Assembly (NCBI GenBank): GCA_047495785.1
Contig: JBLDXI010000028.1
Span: 1,612,001 to 1,676,000, forward strand
Direction: 5' to 3'
DNA length: 64,000 nt
From: Lepidodermella squamata
Taxonomy: Eukaryota; Animalia; Gastrotricha
The notes under the pieces were generated by a model. The model saw nothing but the letters and a program-made list of their open reading frames with translations, was not told the origin of the DNA and did not search any database. Made by a program: the position numbers and the translations under genes. Positions 56,007-64,000 of this stretch are shown piece by piece. Position 1 is the first letter of the stretch, and the number at the start of each line of letters is the position of its first letter.

Positions 56007-57966
56007 CTCAATGTCGATCTTCGAAACTTAAGAAATGTAAGACAGCTCAGTTTCAGAGATTCCCGTTGGAAGCAGCCCAATCAGTTGCGCAAACAAGTCG
56101 TTATGCATACGGCTTTGTTGCATCTGAGAGTAGTCATCCGCGGCACGGGAAGCAAATAACACTGCAGCTGTGACGTTATGAGGAACCATCATTTGTTGAT
56201 AGCTCGGAGTTTACGGAAAGATACATGCCATTGGTCTCAAAGCGCTCGATTTCTAAACTTCAGAAATGCTTGAACTTGCGATTTTTCGAAGTTTTTAAGA
56301 ATATCAGCATGCATTTATTCTCTATTCTTCAGGGCGGGCCTACACGATAGAATACGTGGGGTTTCGGAGACTGTGCGCAATACACGTTTATTGACTTTTC
56401 CTCTCGCTTTCTTTCTACATTTTCATTGTAAATGCTGATGTAGGTATTTTAAATTCGAAAAGCAGATGTTGAAATAAAGACAATAATGTTTTATATGTTA
56501 TATTATATTATATATGGGCATGTATCTAAAGGCTATTTTTATCACTGCCCTTTTCAAGCAGGTGTTCTTGGTTGGAGCGCGAATTCCTAAGCTCTACACG
56601 TATTTACCATATACTTAGTAAAAAACACATTGCCATCCGTAATTACTTATTCATATTAAGGCACGGTACTTTTATGATGTGAAGGGTATTTAGCAAAGAG
56701 GGCTTATTCATACGCCTGGGGATAAGGTGTAAATTGGTGTAACGTGTAACTTGATAGCAGATAGCCTCCGAGTTGAATAGAAAGCCTTATCACTACTCGG
56801 AGCAGAGCGTGACAGTTGAGCATGCCACAGCGTTTGGCGTATTGCGCCCACGATTATCGGCCTACTTTCTCTTAAGATCTCGATCCAGCAAATCTCGATC
56901 GGATCCATGCAGCAAAGCATCGGGTGGAAATATATAGCAAAACTACGACGGCTCTTATGATGTTAGGGAGATAGGGTTTTAAAACTCTATGGCTTGAAAT
57001 TCCCTACAATCCGGTCTTAACAGCAATCTCGAGGAGAAAATACCCGGAAACTTTACTCTAGGCCAAATGGGTGAGCGAGTATCAGTCGGTACTAGCCAGT
57101 CACGGGAGCGATTTCAGTGGATAAATTAGCATCCTCGAGGTGGGGGGGGGGGGGGGGGGGCAGTACATGTGAGTGTTCTCAACCCTGAATTTAATCAACC
57201 AAAGACCAAAGGCTCCCGTGTGGAGTTTTCGGGTTTTACTTCTAGAGGAACAAATAAAGTTCAGAAGTGCGAAGCTTGTACGCAAATGTTGGGAATTTTC
57301 AATTGTTCCCTTCTTTCAACTTCGAGTAGCGATGGCTCGGTGACGCTGGGGAAAATCGGCTCATGGGATTTTTTGAGCTTACTCTTAAGGATTCGGACTG
57401 TTGATGATCAAAATATGAGTCCGGCGAACTCCCCCGGTATCTCGAGTGAAGAATGTAGCGGTTGATGATATTCAGATTTTGATCGGGGCGGAGTAGCTTT
57501 GCTTCCCCACAGTACCTTGTGGTAGCGTCGAAGTCGAGCTTGTCACTGAATGAGCAACCTGAATGAGCTTATTGTCAAAGGGGTTGCCTAACAGTTCAAT
57601 AACTTATTATGCAGAGGTGTATTATTCATGTTTCACTCGGAAGTTTAATTAGTGAAATTAAGAAAATGCAGACAATAGCTCATCGATTTTTCTAATGCGT
57701 GCAAAAGCAGCTGAGATCATTGAAAAGACAATTCCTTATTTTTCATTGGGATGATTGTTTGCTATGAAACACCGGGAAAAGAATATTAAGATATTATGTA
57801 AACTTAACAAAGTGCACTAAAGTGAAAACACCTGCTAGAGAATTCCATCGATAAAAATAGCTTCTTTGCCTATAAAACCAAGCGATTTTCGCGAATTTTC
57901 ATCATTCAGCCATTTTCCTGAAATTCTCATCTTCATTTTCGATCTAATTCTATCTCTTCTATTACC

Positions 57967-58616
57967 ATGAAAATGTTCTCCAAGTTGGCTCTTGTTGCTG
58001 CTATCGTCGCGTCAGTCAGTAAGTCGAGGACTAAAAGCGATGATTACCACTCACAGATGTTTTCATGGTAGGCGCCATCAATGACTATGACGCTGTCACC
58101 TACGGGTGCGCAACAATCTACAACACAACAACGGCCAATGATCTCGCTAGTTGCAATAATCTTTGCACCTTCGAAGGCACGAAGTGCCAGGGCGCTGCCT
58201 ACTTAGCTTCAACCATAAAACTTGCCGCTTGAACTCTCGCTGCACACCAACTACAGTTACTATCGGTGTCTGGGCAGTGAACAAAAAGAACGCAGGTAAT
58301 GAAATTCTAACTGTATCAGTAGTATCAGCTCTCGAGTTGAGTGCAGAAGTACTGATGATTTGATTTACGAGTTTTGACCCTTTATTTAATTATTGCAGTT
58401 TTGGGCAAGTATAACCGAGTCACCTACTCCTGCAATAAGGTCTACAACAAGGTCAATTCGTTGAAGACATACGCCGACTGCGCCGCTGCCTGCTCGGCTG
58501 ATACCAAGTGCGCCGCCTTCGCATTTTCCACGACAATCGGTACATGCAACCTGAACTCAGCCTGTCCCAACTCAACCAATGTCCCACCAAATGACTACGT
58601 TGTTTTCAAGCTGTAA
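57967..58616 (+). pseudogene. Secreted double PAN/apple-like protein, copy 1, apparently frameshifted (exons 57967-58018, 58072-58295, 58399-58616)
   Basis: Same exon structure as copy 2, but 2 extra nt at ~58215 give a premature TGA at ~58230. This could also be a sequencing error. Confidence 0.65.
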
Positions 58617-60188
58617 ATTCGCTTTTGCTTTTCCTGGTTCGCCAGGAATTTGCGATTGTGGAGAAGAGAAAGAGTATTGTCCACGTGTCGACTGGAAGCT
58701 ACATGAAAATTTCATGGTCAAATAAATAATCTGCATAGATTATACCATAAAATGATTTATGAGAGCTAATTTGGGTGTGAAATTGCTCGGTATTGCGATG
58801 GCTGTTATAAGACCAAGTGGACATTTGACATTTGACCGTTAACAAGTGAAAAATGGGGTTTGGCGAAATATTTGAAATCGTGAGAATTTGCAGCCGCTCT
58901 GAGAATTCGATAGAATCAAGGCATATAGAACAGAAGTACGGTGCTATTCTCGATGCCAGTTTGTGAAAGCAATGCCGGCTTCGTATGATTGAGGTTAAAA
59001 AACGATGCAGAAATAGTGTTCCCACCTGGTTGGTTACTTTTTGCTGCAATGGAAAATGTGTTTCCGCCCGGAGTATTGCCCGGTGATTCGCTCTTTAGCA
59101 ATAAGTAAATAGCGTGAGCTAAATGTCGCCTCGCCATGTGTTATGATGTTCAGTTTTTATGAGAAGCGGAGGAATAGGTACTAGAATGGCTGAAATCAAC
59201 AAACGGAAACCAGTTAGTTGAAGGCACAGGAGCTGAAAGTTATGCGCGAGCAAAAAATAGTTTGACACCCCCCTTACAGTGAAAATCCTACTTCCTTCAC
59301 TGGTCTCTGCTCTTGGAGTTCGTGATGCTGTCGACTTTGCCAACCGAGATATGTCTGCTCTCTTATTTTAGCACAATATGATTATGCTCGGGAGGCTCAG
59401 TTGAGTCGTTGAAACATTGTTTATATCGCTGAGGACTGGGCTTAAATATAGGAGACTGGGCTCAGTGGGGGCTGGAACAAGGCCTTCTGAGACCAGGCCT
59501 TCGTGCAGTATCATATGGATCGCTCACGTTGGACAAGCAAGCGATCGATGAAGTATGAAATAGTGATCCATGGCGCAATTCATGTGGCCGATACGCGATC
59601 TGTCAATTTCACCACGGTATAGCGCTCCCTGCCGTGCATGTCCAGCCTGGGTGTTTCACTAGCTCAGCATGTTGTGTTCGTTCGTAAACGATAGAAATCA
59701 AGAAAAATCCTCAGCATGTCGTACCACTCAGTACCCAGCAAGAGAGTGTTTCCTGTTACCACATTGTAAAACAGATTGCTAAACTTAGCTTTCACTTATT
59801 ATCGAGTTTTTATTTTATGCACATGATTCCAAGTCAACTCGTAAAATTAAACTATAACGAAATGGCTAAGAGCGCATAAAATAGCTCATCGATTTTTCTA
59901 ATTCGAGCATAAACAGCTGAAAAAATTCCAAAAATACGCTATCTATCTCATTATTGCAGTAGTAAGCAGTATGGACCATTCTTTCATAAGGAACTGAACC
60001 TGGGAGACGATCATAGCTTAGGAATTTGCACTCGAGTAAAAAACACCTGCTTGAAAATGGCATCGTTAAAAATAACTTATCGATTATATCCGCCTATATA
60101 ACCAAGCCATTTTCGCGAATTCATTTCATTCGTTCATTTTCTTGAATTCTCAACTTTCTTTTCCTCAATACTTTCTTTCGCCGCGAAA

Positions 60189-60827
60189 ATGCTCTCCAAG
60201 TTGGCTCTTTTTGCAGCTATCGTTGCGTCAGCCAGTAAGTCGTTGTCGAAATTTGTTTTCTTGTATAATTGCCCTAAAATATGTTTTCATTGAAGGCGCC
60301 ATCAATGACTACGACGTTGTCTCATACGGGTGCGGAACAGTCTACAACAAAACTGATGCTAGTGATCTGGCCGCCTGTAACAAAATTTGTACCTTCCAGG
60401 GTACGAAATGCCAGGGCACCGCTTACAACCCTTCAACCAAAACCTGCAATTTGAACTCTGCCTGCGCACCAACTACGATCACTCCTCCATCTGGCTGGAC
60501 GGTGAACAAAAAGAACGCAGGTAATGGAAGGTTGAAACTAAATAATAAGATATAAGTAGTTTAGTCAGCGCTTAGACATGATACAATTTTCTTTTTCTTT
60601 TATTTGCAGTTTTGGGCAAGTATAGCCTTGTTTCTTACCCTTGTAAGAGCGTCTACAAAACGGTGTCGGCCTTGAAGACCTACGCCGACTGCGCTGCTGC
60701 CTGCTCGGCTGACACCAAGTGCGTCGCAATCGCATTTTCACCATCGGCAGCTACCTGCAATCTCAACTCAGCCTGCCCGAGTTCCAGCGATGTCATACCA
60801 AGTGGCTATGCCGTATTCAAGCTGTAA
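60189..60827 (+). CDS. Secreted double PAN/apple-like domain protein, copy 2 (exons 60189-60234, 60296-60520, 60610-60827; 162 aa)
   Basis: Signal peptide MLSKLALFAAIVASASA. Two repeats of C...C-x3-C-x5/6-C-x4-[YF]-x5/6-C-x-L-x3-C, one per exon. GT-AG introns keep the frame. TATA-like motif near 60095. Confidence 0.8.
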
Positions 60828-62873
60828 ATGACAGAGAGTCGCTTTGCCTAATACTTGTGGGAAGTGAGAATATCATTGTGATTTTCAATGATTCGATGAG
60901 AAGTTCATGGGCAATAAAGCTGAAAGGCGATGTAATGTTCATCGTAACTTATTTATTTAATTTATTTATTTAAAAGCTATTACACCCAAGAGAGGGAAGC
61001 TTGACAAAGTGTAAGGAAAACTTATTCCTTATGTGAATTCCAATATGCAGCGAGCAATCCTATCTTTCATTTTGCAATGCGAGAGAGAAGCGACAGCAGC
61101 TGGAGCAAAACACTGCGGCTTCGTCATTGTAATTCATGATAAAGGCAATCCTTCTTTATTATTTTTCTTGCTTTTCAATTATCACCATTGTTATTCGTAT
61201 ACTAAAGCAGCATGGGAAGTCAGTATAAACAGCTGTCTAAGGGTTTAAAACCGAGTCGTGTAGGAGAGGAAAGGCGAGCATGAGCGGCGAGGGGCTGTGC
61301 TAAAGAAAGAGGAACGACAGGCGAGAAATATCAGTTTGCAAATGCGGCACCATCAAATATCACGAGGAAAGCACAAAACAGCGCAGCTTCCCCATTGTAA
61401 TCATCTGGATAATTTCTGCTTTAGAAGGGTGGAGGTGGTGCAGAAAATGATAATAGACGAGATGGCTCTCTCATAAGATCACCGTGCGATATTGGATCCT
61501 CTTCCGAGTTCCGAGTATGGAGAAACTTGTTTGCTGTATTATTTGCCAAAATATCTAGTGATTTCGAGCGAAGCGAGACAATTTTGAAGATTATCATTTT
61601 ATCTCCTAAAACACGTTCGAAACCTCTCAAAATTGACTAAAAAGCATTTATTTTCTAGTCCGGTCTGGCCGAGCTGGGCGATGAAGCTTGCAAACGCTAA
61701 CGCATACTTTTGGGTATTAGCTTTCTGGGTATTAGCTGTAAATTGGCTGGTCATCGGGATAGCCGATTGCCCACGAGATGCATTTTGAAAGCCTTAATAC
61801 TCGGAGCAGAGTGAGCACACAACAATGTCCAAGATGGTTCATTGTGAGATATAAAGAGATATAAAGAAAAATCAGCACCAGAAGAAAATATCACCCTAAT
61901 TCTTCTACCGAAAGCATTAATTTAGTTTCGTTATCTGAATTCACGCTTTCAGTAGATAAATGACTACATTTTTGTGGATGAATTAGGGCGATTTTGGGCA
62001 TGAATTCAGGTAAATGTTGAAAATTCATGAAAATTTGGATTCTCACAGTATATGGAGCGAGTCCACCTCCCATCTTCGCTCCCGTCCCCTTACAACCGCG
62101 TAAGCGCGTTACACACAGGGCCGTAATTGAGGGATTTCTCAAGCTAAAAGTCCGATTTTTCATCACCCAAATTAGGGTAAATTTTTTATGGTGAGCTTTA
62201 TTTTCAGTAAAATATGTCACCGAGGCTTAGCGGGTGATGGTCGATCACGGCGGATCGAATGGTACCGACCCCAATGAGGCGAGGTGAGCTTGGGTAAAAT
62301 AAAAAATTAAGAAGCCGCGATGAATGATGAGCCGCAGTATATTCCAGCCGCTGCTTGGGAGCTTACATCTACAACCCGGCGCCATAGAGGTACGCATGTC
62401 TGCCGGTATCTCGAGAGCCTGCAGCATGGCAGAAAGATCAGACTTGGCCTTACAAGTAGTGATTGTGGTTGATGTGGTATTCAGCGGAGTAGTGGGGAGT
62501 AGGGGGCTCAGGTTTATTCACAATACCCAGTGGCGGTGTCGAAGTCGATCTTGTTAAATGCAACCTGAATGAGCACATTGTTAAACGGATTGCTAAACTG
62601 TTCAATAACTTACTCTACAGAGGTGTGTTTTTATATATTTTTATTAATTCTTCACTCGAAAATTAAAATTGATGGAATGAAAAAAAGAAGACAATAGCTC
62701 ATCGATTTTTCTAATTGCGCAGCTGAAACAAGTGAAGAGAAAATTCTCGCTATCATTGAGATGGTTGTTTGCATAAAAATTGGCCTATGGATAGACAAGA
62801 ATATGAATAACTTCAGTAAACTCAACAAATTGCACTCAAGTGACACCTGCTTGAAGATGCCATTATATTATCT

Positions 62874-62958
62874 ACGGAAGGCATGAAGGGTATAAGGGTT
62901 TAAAATCGCGATTTTAAAAAAGGCGATTTTAAACCCATATACCCTTCATGCCTTCCGT
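62874..62958. repeat. Small hairpin / mini inverted-repeat element
   Basis: ~36-bp arms ACGGAAGGCATGAAGGGTATAAGGGTTTAAAATCGC and its reverse complement, one mismatch. Confidence 0.75.
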
Positions 62959-63942
62959 GCTTTCCGTGTGTTATCCGGGTCGTATCGTAAAACTTTCAGG
63001 GTTACTAGTATTGTATGGCACACTCTCACTGAATTTCTATTGCTTTTATTTGAAATTAAAAGATCCAACTTAAAAAAATCCTGAAATTTGTGTCTTGCTC
63101 ATTTTTTCCTCGCATTTTTCGTTTTGCGAGTTTTTGGTTCGTTTTTCACATCGAATTTCCCGCATTTCTCGCATGCTGCTACTGAATCACAAATTTGGGC
63201 AGTCCGACGCAAGATGGTTCTGCTCGGTTGGCTTCGGATGGCTATTGCGACTGTCAAACGACCCTTCAACGCCTCAGTTTGCAGAGTGCTTTCAAACTCG
63301 ATTGACGAAATCCGGTCTTGAACGAAAGGCTGCTATTTGCCATGGTGTCAGGAATCGCTCGATTTTCGAACCATGCCGTTCTGTATCTTCTTGCATTTCT
63401 GGGATCCAATGCTGCCTGAGCTCTCTTTGATTTCATCGAAAGCTGGCCGAATTTTGCTTGATCCCGCGACATCCTGGACGAATTCTGCCTTTTGTCGCGA
63501 ATTTCCGGACGAATTCTGCCCAAATTTCGCGAAATTCTGGACGAGTTCTGCCCGATTTTCACGAGCTCATGGCCAAATGCTGTTCGACGGGGGTGAATGC
63601 TGCCCGATTTGATACCGGTCGCGCGCTTTTTCTTCCGGAGTTCTGCCCAATTTTCACCCCATGTGATTTTGTGATTTTCAATAAAATCGTTTTGAAGTGT
63701 TGCTTGAACTTTTTTGAGTTTCTCTTGTGTGTTTGACAAGTGGGGACCCTGCTTGGTAGAAGGTTTTATGAGTTTATAATTCGGCTATTAAGAAGGCATA
63801 TTTTAGAATACGATCCGGATAACGATAAAAATAGCTTCTTTGCCTAAAAAACCAAACCATTTTCGCGATTATTATACATTCAGTCATTTTCTTAAATTCT
63901 CATCTTAATTTCGGTCTAATTCTATCTTCTATTACCGTGAAA

Positions 63943-63988
63943 ATGCTATCCAAGTTGGCTCTTTTTGCTGCTATCGTCGCGTCAGTCA
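63943..63988 (+). CDS. Secreted PAN-like protein, copy 3, first exon (rest lies outside the window)
   Basis: MLSKLALFAAIVASV followed by a GTAAG donor. Upstream sequence is homologous to copies 1 and 2. Confidence 0.7.
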
Positions 63989-64000
63989 GTAAGCTTCGTT

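Noticed and set aside
63088-63739. Overlapping ORFs of 77-157 aa
   Set aside because: They lie in an insertion with GAATTCTG-type subrepeats upstream of PAN copy 3, so they are most likely transposon-derived and open by chance.

Overview
Eukaryotic DNA from an unidentified invertebrate animal (short 50-100 nt GT-AG introns, many DNA-transposon MITEs, an RTE-like LINE). The window is dominated by a dense tandem array of intronless Cys-loop (pentameric ligand-gated ion channel) subunit genes: 20 full-length ORFs of about 375-405 aa, one copy cut by the window edge, one deletion pseudogene and several 3' fragments. All keep the nAChR-type Cys-loop (C-x13-C with FPFD-x-Q-x-C), the WxP motif and four TM helices. 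They lack the acetylcholine-site residues (loop C vicinal Cys/Tyr, loop B Trp), have almost no M3-M4 intracellular loop, and carry extra N-terminal cysteines. This resembles, by convergence or homology, the nAChR-derived chemotactile receptors of cephalopods, so it is a candidate undescribed ionotropic chemoreceptor family. Within or beside the array are a secreted carboxyl/cholinesterase-family enzyme lacking the choline-binding Trp, three paralogous secreted Cys-patterned helical orphan proteins, a signal peptide-Sushi-ankyrin gene and a tandem set of small secreted double-PAN/apple proteins. Nested transposon insertions at 12.8-19.2 kb record the decay of one duplicated receptor gene. Subfamily letters A-F are my own by-eye labels. 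All functional interpretations are inference; no searches were run.
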